Below are positions 40,247 through 49,293 of a stretch of DNA of 64,000 nt, one piece after another (positions within the stretch are counted from its first letter, which is position 1; every line of letters starts with the position of its first letter). The stretch is from Methanobrevibacter thaueri (GTDB lineage: Archaea; Methanobacteriota; Methanobacteria; Methanobacteriales; Methanobacteriaceae), in assembly GCF_015062905.1 (NCBI RefSeq), contig NZ_SUTK01000003.1:21942-85941 (forward strand). Reading direction: 5' to 3'. The notes beneath the pieces were generated by a model. It did not search any database, had not been told where the DNA came from, and was given only the letters and a program-made list of their open reading frames with translations. Both the position numbers and the translations under genes were made by a program.

Positions 40247-42883
40247 ATGAATAAAAAATTTAAGTTTTCTATTGTAATTGCAGTTTATAATGCTGAAGAT
40301 TATCTTGAAGAAACAGTTAATTCAATTATTAATCAAGATTTGGGCTTTGAAGAAAATGTTCAGTTAATCCTTGTTGATGATGGCAGCAGTGATAATTCGG
40401 GAGAAATTGCATTAAGTTATCAGAAAATATATCCCAATAATGTTATTGCAGTATCAAAAGAAAATGGAGGCCAATCATCCGCACGGAACTTAGGTTTAAA
40501 ATATGCCGAAGGGGAATACATTAATTTTTTAGACAGTGATGACAAATTATCTGAAGGATCTTTACGTGAAATCTATTCTTTTTTTAAAAATCATGATGTA
40601 AATATTATTGCGATTCCACTGGTATTCTTTGATAGAATCACTGGAGATCATACGTTAAATGAGAAATTCATATGTGATAAAGTTGTGGATGTTTATAAGG
40701 AATTTGATTATCCTCAATTATCTATTGCGTCTTGTTTTATTAAAACAAGTTTATTTGACAATTTTAGCTTTGATGAGAGATTCAATATTGGTGAAGATGC
40801 CGTTTTAATTAATAAGTTGCTTGTTAATGAAGGTAAGATAGGTTTTGTTAATGATGCTCAATATTTATATAGGAAACGAAGTGATGCTTCATCAACTATA
40901 GATAGCATTAATATTAAAAAAGAATTTTATTTGGATAAAAGTAGATATTTCCACGTTGAACTAATCAATTATTGTTTGGAAAAGCTTAATTATGTTCCTA
41001 AATTTGTCCAGTATGTTATTGCCCATGATATGCAGTGGTATTATAATGGTTTGGATATATGGGATATTCTTACGAAAGAGGAATATGATGTTTTGATGGA
41101 TGAGATTCATTATGTATTAGGATATATTGATAAAAGCATTATATTAAACCATAATTACATGACCAAAGACCAAATGGATTTTTTAATATATTTGAAGAAT
41201 AATAATGACTTTTCAATTAAAGTGCCTAATAAGAAAAAACTTATATTCATGTCAGGCGACCAGGTAATCAATAGAGTTCATAAGCATACTTTAAATATTG
41301 ACATTGTTGAATTAACTGGAGGGTTTATGAATATTTCCGGTTATTTTGTAAGTTATTGCGATGATGTTACTCTATCTATTGAAGCTATTAAAAAAGTAGG
41401 CGATACTAAAGAAATATATAAGTCCAAATATGTTGAATATCCTACAACACATAGGCATTTAAACACCTCTATAGGCATTCCTTGGAAATTCTATTATAAT
41501 TTAGATTTTAAAATTCCGGTTGATGAAAATGAAAACTGTAAGATATCATTCTTTATTAATTATAATGAGAATGATAAATCTGTAAAATTCTATCCAAAAT
41601 TAAAATTGGTGGATTATTGTAATCTGTCTGAGTATTCAAATTACTTCGTGAAGGATAATAAAATTGTATTATTCACAGATAATTCGTTCCATATTGTTGA
41701 TTTTTCATCAAAATTCAGGTTTAAATTAGAAACATTATCTTTATTCAAAATTTTAACTTCATTGGAACCTTACGATATTTATGCAATATTTATGCATTTG
41801 CTTAATTTATGTGTTTATCCTTTATGGAAAAATAGGAAAATATGGTTATTTATTGATCGTCGTGATTTTGCTGACGATAATGCAAAACATTTATTCAAAT
41901 ATGCGGTTTCCCAGAATGACGGCATTGAAAAATATTTTATTGTTGATAAAAAGTCAAAGGATTATAAAACGATTAAGAGTATCAGTTCCAAAAATGTCGT
42001 AAATTTCGGTTCAATAAAACATAAACTATTGTATTTCTATGCTGAAAAAATAATATCTTCACATATCAATCACGAATGGTTAAATCCGTTTCATTTCACT
42101 AATAAAATTTTATTTTCAGGATTGACAACACATAAAAGATATTTTTTACAGCATGGTGTTACAAAAGATGATGTTTCCAGATATCTTGTGAAGTATCTTC
42201 ATAATATGCATCTATTTTTAACTTTATCAAAATATGAATATGATTCGATTGTTAATGGACATTATAATTATGATGAGAATGTGGTTCAATGTTTAGGTTT
42301 TCCACGTTATGATAATTTGAAGAATGAAGGAAATAAAAAGCAGATATTATTTATTCCAACATGGAGAAGTTATATAAATGAAGATAATTTTTATTCATCA
42401 GAATATTTTTTGAGAATAAAATCTTTATTGGAAAATGAAAGATTATCAGACCTGCTTCAAAGGAATAATTATGAAATTATATTTAAACCGCATCAGAATT
42501 TGTTGCCTTATATGGGATTATTTAATGTTTCCGATGAAATAAAGGTAGATTATGACTCTCCTTATCAGGAACTGTTTAATAATTCTTCTTTGATGATTAC
42601 AGATTATTCGTCAGTATTTTTTGATTTTGCATATATCAAAAAACCAGTGATATATTATCAAAATGAGGATTATCATTATGAAAAAGGGTATTTTGATTAT
42701 GAAACAATGGGATTTGGAGAAGTCATCGAATCAGAAGAGGAACTGATTACACAAATAGAACACTATGTTGAAAATAACTGCGAAATGGAAGAGAAATATC
42801 AAAAAAGAGTAGATGATTTCTTTAAATATACTGATAAAAATAATTGTAAAAGAGTATATGAGTGGATTTTAGAAGACGATTAG
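40247..42883 (+). CDS. GT2 plus TagF-like glycerophosphotransferase fusion
   Basis: ATG 40247 after GAGG; LVDDGSSD, FLDSDD, GED, YRKR; FLQHG, PTWR, TDYSSVFFDF. Confidence 0.88.
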   Translation: MNKKFKFSIVIAVYNAEDYLEETVNSIINQDLGFEENVQLILVDDGSSDNSGEIALSYQKIYPNNVIAVSKENGGQSSARNLGLKYAEGEYINFLDSDDKLSEGSLREIYSFFKNHDVNIIAIPLVFFDRITGDHTLNEKFICDKVVDVYKEFDYPQLSIASCFIKTSLFDNFSFDERFNIGEDAVLINKLLVNEGKIGFVNDAQYLYRKRSDASSTIDSINIKKEFYLDKSRYFHVELINYCLEKLNYVPKFVQYVIAHDMQWYYNGLDIWDILTKEEYDVLMDEIHYVLGYIDKSIILNHNYMTKDQMDFLIYLKNNNDFSIKVPNKKKLIFMSGDQVINRVHKHTLNIDIVELTGGFMNISGYFVSYCDDVTLSIEAIKKVGDTKEIYKSKYVEYPTTHRHLNTSIGIPWKFYYNLDFKIPVDENENCKISFFINYNENDKSVKFYPKLKLVDYCNLSEYSNYFVKDNKIVLFTDNSFHIVDFSSKFRFKLETLSLFKILTSLEPYDIYAIFMHLLNLCVYPLWKNRKIWLFIDRRDFADDNAKHLFKYAVSQNDGIEKYFIVDKKSKDYKTIKSISSKNVVNFGSIKHKLLYFYAEKIISSHINHEWLNPFHFTNKILFSGLTTHKRYFLQHGVTKDDVSRYLVKYLHNMHLFLTLSKYEYDSIVNGHYNYDENVVQCLGFPRYDNLKNEGNKKQILFIPTWRSYINEDNFYSSEYFLRIKSLLENERLSDLLQRNNYEIIFKPHQNLLPYMGLFNVSDEIKVDYDSPYQELFNNSSLMITDYSSVFFDFAYIKKPVIYYQNEDYHYEKGYFDYETMGFGEVIESEEELITQIEHYVENNCEMEEKYQKRVDDFFKYTDKNNCKRVYEWILEDD

Positions 42884-42893
42884 GAGTGATTGT

Positions 42894-44150
42894 ATGGTTG
42901 AAATATCAGTTATAATGCCGGTATATAATTGTGAAGAGTTCTTAGAGGAATCAATTGAAAGTGTATTGAATCAGTCCTTCACAGATTTTGAGTTTATTTG
43001 CGTTGATGATGGTTCTACTGATAGTTCATTATCTATTCTTCAAGATTATGCAAAAAAAGATGACCGTATGAAAGTTTTCCATCAAGAAAATAAGGGTGGT
43101 GGGGATGCTAGAAACTTTACATTCCATTTAATTGAAGGTAAATATTTATTATTCATCGATTCAGATGATATATTGTGTCCTGAAGCTTTAGAAAATAATT
43201 ATAATTTGATTAAAGAAAAAGATGTCGATTTCATATTTTTTAAAGCAATTAATTATGATGATGATACCGGCGAATATGTTGACGGCGAATATTATAATCT
43301 GAATTATCTTTATAATGAAGTGGGGGAGGAAATTTTTTCATATGAAGACCTTCCTGAAAATATGTTGCTTAGGTTATCCGCTACTCCCTGGGGCAAATTT
43401 TATGATGCGGAATTTATTTTAAACAGTGGAGCTCAATTTGCAGAAGGCATAATTTTTCATGATAATAAGTTTTTTTGGGAAATGTTATTTAATTCTAAAA
43501 AGATTTGCTTTAATAATCAGCTGTTTTATGTGCGAAGAATTCATTCCTCCTCTATTCAGGAATCAAAAGACAAACGATACTTGAATATTTTCATTGCGTT
43601 AAATGGAATTGTATCTCTTTTTGAGAAATATGGGAATCTAGAAAAATATAAACATTACTTATATAACTGGAAAATTGGCAGTTTTGATATGCGATATAAT
43701 CAAATTCAAGAACAATATAAGCAACTGTTTTTAGAAGAATTCAAAAAAGATCTCTCAGCGCTTGATGAATCTGAAGGTCATGATAATCTAATGGATATTT
43801 TTACTCCACACACTCTTACAATTTACGAAAATGTGATGGAATCAGATACATATAAAGAATATGATTTGCTGATGGAAAGAGTTAGATTAAATCAGCAAAT
43901 AAATAGGTTAAATAATGAAAAATCAATGTTAAATGATACAATTAAGAATTTAACTGATAAAAATAATAAAAAGGATAAAAAAATTGATAAATTAAATCAA
44001 AAAAACGATAAACTTAAAGATAAAAATGAAAAGCTTAAGATGAAAAATAAAAAATTGAAAGATGAAAATAATCAATTAAAAAATTTAGTTTCCGATTATA
44101 AATCACGTAAAGCTGTTAAAATTGCAGATAAACTCAAATTGCATAATTAG
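42894..44150 (+). CDS. GT2 family glycosyltransferase with long C-terminal coiled coil
   Basis: DDGSTD, FIDSDD; about 75-aa Lys/Asn coiled coil; AGGAGTG RBS. Confidence 0.88.
   Translation: MVEISVIMPVYNCEEFLEESIESVLNQSFTDFEFICVDDGSTDSSLSILQDYAKKDDRMKVFHQENKGGGDARNFTFHLIEGKYLLFIDSDDILCPEALENNYNLIKEKDVDFIFFKAINYDDDTGEYVDGEYYNLNYLYNEVGEEIFSYEDLPENMLLRLSATPWGKFYDAEFILNSGAQFAEGIIFHDNKFFWEMLFNSKKICFNNQLFYVRRIHSSSIQESKDKRYLNIFIALNGIVSLFEKYGNLEKYKHYLYNWKIGSFDMRYNQIQEQYKQLFLEEFKKDLSALDESEGHDNLMDIFTPHTLTIYENVMESDTYKEYDLLMERVRLNQQINRLNNEKSMLNDTIKNLTDKNNKKDKKIDKLNQKNDKLKDKNEKLKMKNKKLKDENNQLKNLVSDYKSRKAVKIADKLKLHN
43980..44084 (+). repeat. Five imperfect 21-nt tandem units encoding heptads (consensus K-N-x-K-L-K-x)
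   Basis: aaaattgataaattaaatcaa / aaaaacgataaacttaaagat / aaaaatgaaaagcttaagatg / aaaaataaaaaattgaaagat / gaaaataatcaattaaaaaat. Confidence 0.65.
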
Positions 44151-44363
44151 ATGACATTACTCCAATTGCACATGCTATAGTTAATATATGTTTAATTAAT
44201 TGGGGCAATTATAAATTTAATAATAATGTGTATATGGAAGTAATTACAGATATTAAATTAAAAATATTTAGAATTTTCTTAAAGGTTAAAAAGTTGATTC
44301 ATTGAAGTTTTCAAGTAGTTTCTTTAAATGTTTTTAGGTGATATTGAAGGGGGTTATGTGTAA

Positions 44364-46169
44364 GTGTTTCAAAAAATCTTAAATCACAGTAATAGTTATA
44401 ATTTTTATAAAGAAGGTTATGAAAATTTAAAAAACACAGAAAAAGATTTAAAGAAGAAGCAGGATGAATTAAATTCTTTAAAAAAGAAGTATAATAAAAT
44501 TCAAAAAGATAAAGAGTCATTAGTTGATGAATATCAAAGAGATTATTGGTTTTTTGATTTTGAAGGAATCTTATCAAAATTTTATGTGTCCCCTATAATT
44601 AATTCTCCTTTTTCAAATGTGGATAAACGATGTTTTTCATTCATGGATCATTTGGCAAAGTATTTGAAGAGAAATGTGGATGAAAATAATCAACCATTGG
44701 TTTCTATCATACTTCCGGTTTTTAATAATGAACCAGAACTTTCAGATACTATTGAAAGCGTTTTAAATCAAACTTACAATAACTTCGAATTGATTATAAT
44801 TGATGATGCCAGCGAAGATAAAACTGCCGATGCATTAAATTCAATTGACAAATCAAATGTTCAAATACTCCAGAATGCTGAGCGAAAAGGATTTTCCTAT
44901 TGTAGAAACTTAGCGCTTGAAAAAGCAGAGGGTGAGTACATTTTTTATATAGATATTGGCAATGCCTGGTGTGAAGAATACTTAAAAACAATGATGGGAG
45001 CATTTTTCGAAGTATCTGATGCTGATGCAATATATTCCGGTCAATTAATATATGACAATGATTGGGACAAAATTTCAGGAGTACAGTTCGGAGCATATAA
45101 TAAATCATTATTGTACAATAGGAATTACATCTCTTTAAGCGCATTTGCTCATAAAAGGTCTTTAATTAATAACGTTCAATTTGAGGAGTCTTTAAGCTCT
45201 TTAAACGATTGGCATTTCATTTTAAATATTTCAAATGATTATAAGTTGTATTCAATTCCTGTTTTGCAGTCCAAAACAAATTATGAAAGTCCTGATGATG
45301 AAACTGAAACTGAATTAATTCATAACTTAATTGACAATAAAAAAGATTTTTCTTCAATATATGAATTAAATAAAAAGATCAGTATTGTAATTCCAAGTTA
45401 TGAATTGCTGGATGACCTTAAAGAAAATATAAATACAATTCTATCATTTGATTCCCCTTTGATTGACATTATCGTCGTTGACAATGATTCTAATGATAAA
45501 GTTAAAGAATATCTTAAGGCCATGCATTCAGAAGGTAAAATCAAATTAATTCAAAATGAGATTAATTATGGTTTTACATATGCAGTAGAACAGGGAATTT
45601 CCATATCAGATAAAAATTCGGACATTTTACTTCTGAATAATGATGCTATTTTGACAAAAGGTGCATTGGAAGCAATGCAGTTTCATGCTTATGAAATTGA
45701 GGATTGTGGGATTATAGTGCCTCAGGAGATATTGTTTGATAAGGATTCAAGAATAAAATATAATGTTCCTTATGCAAATTTCCATTATGAATGTGATGTG
45801 ACTCCATCCAGGACTCATAGAAATATTATTAATGTGCCTTTGTTTCATGATGGGGAACTTTTGGAGCTCAATTTCGCTCCGTTTTTCTGCACTTACATTA
45901 AAAGAGATGTTTATGATAGAAGTTTAGGTTTAGATTCCGAATTGGGAAGACATTACCGTTCAGATAGGATATTTTCAAATTTTGTTCGCCATGTTTTAAA
46001 ATTAAAGATATACCAAACTTCATACGCAATGGTTTATCATAAATTTCAACAATCAACAAAGAAACTTAAGGAGAACAAGGATAAATTTGATGTCATGTTT
46101 ACAAAAAATCAATGGGAGCCGGAATTGGCTGAAAAATTAGGGTACAAGACTCCTCAGTGGGATATATGA
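44364..46169 (+). CDS. Two-domain GT2 glycosyltransferase with N-terminal coiled coil
   Basis: GTG start; coiled coil, GT2 domain 1 (DDASED, YIDIGN), GT2 domain 2 (VVDNDS, NYGF, LLNNDA). Confidence 0.8.
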   Translation: MFQKILNHSNSYNFYKEGYENLKNTEKDLKKKQDELNSLKKKYNKIQKDKESLVDEYQRDYWFFDFEGILSKFYVSPIINSPFSNVDKRCFSFMDHLAKYLKRNVDENNQPLVSIILPVFNNEPELSDTIESVLNQTYNNFELIIIDDASEDKTADALNSIDKSNVQILQNAERKGFSYCRNLALEKAEGEYIFYIDIGNAWCEEYLKTMMGAFFEVSDADAIYSGQLIYDNDWDKISGVQFGAYNKSLLYNRNYISLSAFAHKRSLINNVQFEESLSSLNDWHFILNISNDYKLYSIPVLQSKTNYESPDDETETELIHNLIDNKKDFSSIYELNKKISIVIPSYELLDDLKENINTILSFDSPLIDIIVVDNDSNDKVKEYLKAMHSEGKIKLIQNEINYGFTYAVEQGISISDKNSDILLLNNDAILTKGALEAMQFHAYEIEDCGIIVPQEILFDKDSRIKYNVPYANFHYECDVTPSRTHRNIINVPLFHDGELLELNFAPFFCTYIKRDVYDRSLGLDSELGRHYRSDRIFSNFVRHVLKLKIYQTSYAMVYHKFQQSTKKLKENKDKFDVMFTKNQWEPELAEKLGYKTPQWDI

Positions 46170-47971
46170 TGATTGAAATGAATGTGTCAAGTTTTTTTAA
46201 TAAAATCAATTTATATGATGAAGACAAATATTATCTGTTGATATTGTTTGTGATTAGTCTGTTAATTACTGTAATGTTAATCAGATTTCATCTAACTAGA
46301 GGTGCTTTTTCTTCTGATCTTTATGTTTATTTAGCAGCTGCATTAGATTTTGCAGATTTAAATGTTAATAATATTTCTAATCCATCGTTTTTGGCCAATT
46401 CGCCAGTAGTTTGTTATTTAACATCGATTTTGTTTAGATTGGGATTTGTTGATATTCGTTCAATATTTATTGTCACTGGATTATTTGGAATTTTAGGAAT
46501 TTTAGGGATGTATGTCCTTCTTAAAATTAGGTTTTCACCTTTATTAAGTTTCACAGGTGCACTTTTATACTCCAGTTTTTCATTAACTTTACTGTATTTT
46601 GCATGTGGATTGTTGGACGTTCCCGCTGTTTCGATGATAATATGGACTTTGATTTTCACATTTGCCATAGATAATGATAATAGATTTTATGCTTTAGCTG
46701 GAATTTCAGCAGTGCTGTCATTTTTCACCAGATATACAAATGCATATATAATAATTTTAATTGCTTTGTATGTTCTTAAAAATCATGATGTAATTGAATT
46801 AGTTAAGGATATGATATATGACAGACGATTATTTATTAAAAAATCATCTGATTTTTTTAGAAGTAATGAATTTAAGTGGATTTGTATCTCCGGTATCATT
46901 TCGTTAACATGTTTACTGTATGTTTTCCATGTTTTGTTGTCTATGGGTTCAAGTTTGAGTTATTTTGGAGCGGCTTCCGGGTCTTTAAATCATTTTAGTT
47001 CAAATTCTTATCAATTTGGCCATCTCCCCGATAAATTTTTTTATATTAAGAATTATCTAAATTTTTTATATTGTGATAAAATAATATTTGAAAATTTGGG
47101 TCCAAATTTTATTAATCATTCTCCTGTTGTTTATTTAATAATTTTAATTTTGATATCTGGATTTTTATTAAAAGTAAAAAAATCTAGTAATGCTATTAAA
47201 TGCTTTGTTGGAAAAATTTTTGAACATAAATTTTTCTGTTTATTAATTTTTGTTTTATGTTGTTTTGCAATTATTGGACTAAAAACAAATTATTTGATAA
47301 CTCTATTTTCGATATGGGTTATTTGTTTAATTTTGATGCATTTAGCAAAGAGATATTGTGGAAATATTGATAATTTTACTGTATCATTGATTTGTTTTTG
47401 TTTGTTTACATTTTATTTAATTGTATTTTCTTTAATGGATATAAAAACAGAGAGATATATTTTACCAACTTTTCCTGCATTGGTATATTTTGTAATTTAC
47501 TCTTTGAATCAAGTTTTCAACTTCATTGGAAATAACTTTGATAGCCCTACATTTAACAAAGATAAATCTGAAGATAACAGCTATTTTTTATCAAGATTTT
47601 TAACCATAATTTTCATAATTCTGTTATTATTTATGATTTTTAATTTCCCTAGTACAGTGGAATATGATGATATGGCATTACAAATAGATTCAGTTGCTAA
47701 TTATTTAATTAACTATGATGAAAATTTTATGGATAAAGAAATCGGATCGTCAGGAGGCTTAAGATTTTATGAATGGTATTTTAAAAATGAGGTGGATTTA
47801 GTTAACATTCCAGGATCTCATGCTGATAGACTGGTAGGTATAGGTTTTGAATTAAAAGAATTTAATCAAACTAAGTATGATTATATCATCACAACTGCTA
47901 AATGGCAACATGAAAATTACACAAAAATTTATCATGAGGGAGCAACTAGTCTGTACGAGAGAAATTTCTAA
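46166..47971 (+). CDS. GT-C superfamily (PMT/ArnT-like) membrane glycosyltransferase
   Basis: SDLYVY, SPV..YL, DVP, TRY, ERYILP; polytopic; ATGA overlap at 46166. Confidence 0.7.
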   Translation: MMIEMNVSSFFNKINLYDEDKYYLLILFVISLLITVMLIRFHLTRGAFSSDLYVYLAAALDFADLNVNNISNPSFLANSPVVCYLTSILFRLGFVDIRSIFIVTGLFGILGILGMYVLLKIRFSPLLSFTGALLYSSFSLTLLYFACGLLDVPAVSMIIWTLIFTFAIDNDNRFYALAGISAVLSFFTRYTNAYIIILIALYVLKNHDVIELVKDMIYDRRLFIKKSSDFFRSNEFKWICISGIISLTCLLYVFHVLLSMGSSLSYFGAASGSLNHFSSNSYQFGHLPDKFFYIKNYLNFLYCDKIIFENLGPNFINHSPVVYLIILILISGFLLKVKKSSNAIKCFVGKIFEHKFFCLLIFVLCCFAIIGLKTNYLITLFSIWVICLILMHLAKRYCGNIDNFTVSLICFCLFTFYLIVFSLMDIKTERYILPTFPALVYFVIYSLNQVFNFIGNNFDSPTFNKDKSEDNSYFLSRFLTIIFIILLLFMIFNFPSTVEYDDMALQIDSVANYLINYDENFMDKEIGSSGGLRFYEWYFKNEVDLVNIPGSHADRLVGIGFELKEFNQTKYDYIITTAKWQHENYTKIYHEGATSLYERNF

Positions 47972-47975
47972 TTAG

Positions 47976-48095
47976 GTGTATTATTTTTTTTATACGCTGC
48001 TTTTGGTCATGATTTTGGTTGTTTTATGGTTAATTATTTTGACAATGAGTAAGATTCCTTATTTAAGGAAAGTTAGTGGAAGTAGTTCTACTTAA
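47976..48095 (+). pseudogene. 3'-end remnant of an acyltransferase-3 gene
   Basis: Reads VYYFFYTLLLVMILVVLWLIILTMSKIPYLRKVSGSSST*, matching the C-terminus SWGLVWIFSKIPYLKKVSGT of 17990..19051. In-frame TAG at 47973 directly upstream. Confidence 0.65.
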
Positions 48096-48105
48096 ATTAC
48101 TCCCA

Positions 48106-49233
48106 TTATTTTATCTTAATTTTTTTCAGATATCTTTTGATTTTTCTTAAAGGAGATGTTATTTTCCAGCTTGTTGAATTTAATAACTCTTTATTTTCTT
48201 TTTTTAATTTTTTGTTTTTTTTTTTTAGTTTTTTGTTTTGTTTTTCAAGTTGGCTAATATATTTGCCTTCAATGTATATATTCTGATTTTCTGTTCTTAT
48301 TTTAGTCTCTCCAGTGTTATATAAGTAATTTTTACAGTATTCCTTAATCACTTTGACGGTTTTTTTAGGGTCCATTGGTTCATGTGGAACATCTTTAATT
48401 TCACGATAATAAACAACCTCAAGTCCATTAAACTGCTTCAATTTGTAAATCTGTTTTAAAAAAGGCATTCCATGAAGTTTAATGTCCCATTCTGATTCGG
48501 CATTAACGTAATATGTTATAAAAGGAGCGTAATTTTCTTTTTTGAATAATTCTATCAAGTCTAATCTATGTTTAATCTTTTCAACAATTTCATCTTTAGT
48601 CATGCCTACAAATGAATCGTATAACACATCAAATAGGGGATTTACCATACTCTCCCAATAATTCATTACAAACAATTGGGAATTGTTAATTAGAACCTGT
48701 GAATTTTTTATTAGAGTTCCTAGAACAACTGAGGTATATCCTCCTCCTGATGATCCGCAAAACAGTATGTTATCGTGTCTTATCTCTTGATTTTTACATA
48801 ATTCTTCAATGATTTTAGATAAATCTTCTAAAAACCAGTGTTCTTTTGTACCGATAAGCCATGCAATCTTAATCTTTTCTCCATAGAAGAACATGGGGTC
48901 AGCATATGCAATGAATGATTCATCAAAGAAGGTGTACCAACTCCATCTATCGATATATGGTGGTTTAAACAGTTCCCCATTTCGGATTATGTCTCTTTCA
49001 TGAGCACCTGGGCCAGTGCATATCAGATTTTTATTTTTTGATGAGAATTTAACTACTAAACAATGAATTGTGTTGTTGTAGACTACCTGTAATCCAAAAG
49101 GTTCATCTAAAGGAAATTCGAATGAGGAAATCTCATCAAAGTTTAATTTAATATTCTTATCAATTAATTTGTGCATGCCGTAATCTGCAGTTTCAATAAT
49201 TTCATCGGTTAATTCAAATCGTTTGTTTGTCAT
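48106..49233 (-). CDS. Alpha/beta-hydrolase-fold protein with coiled coil and STSWKITSPLR tail
   Basis: Nucleophile elbow FCGSSGGGY, candidate catalytic His in VPHEP; heptad tail. Confidence 0.6.
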   Translation of the reverse strand: MTNKRFELTDEIIETADYGMHKLIDKNIKLNFDEISSFEFPLDEPFGLQVVYNNTIHCLVVKFSSKNKNLICTGPGAHERDIIRNGELFKPPYIDRWSWYTFFDESFIAYADPMFFYGEKIKIAWLIGTKEHWFLEDLSKIIEELCKNQEIRHDNILFCGSSGGGYTSVVLGTLIKNSQVLINNSQLFVMNYWESMVNPLFDVLYDSFVGMTKDEIVEKIKHRLDLIELFKKENYAPFITYYVNAESEWDIKLHGMPFLKQIYKLKQFNGLEVVYYREIKDVPHEPMDPKKTVKVIKEYCKNYLYNTGETKIRTENQNIYIEGKYISQLEKQNKKLKKKNKKLKKENKELLNSTSWKITSPLRKIKRYLKKIKIK

Positions 49234-49293
49234 GAAATCCCTTTAATAAGTTTTATCTATGGTTTTAAATATAATAATCTCAGTAAAATAAGT

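Noticed and set aside
44344..44382. Frameshifted start or leader peptide before the 44364 glycosyltransferase
   Set aside because: The GTG at 44364 has a usable G-rich RBS, and the short out-of-frame ORF has no other support.
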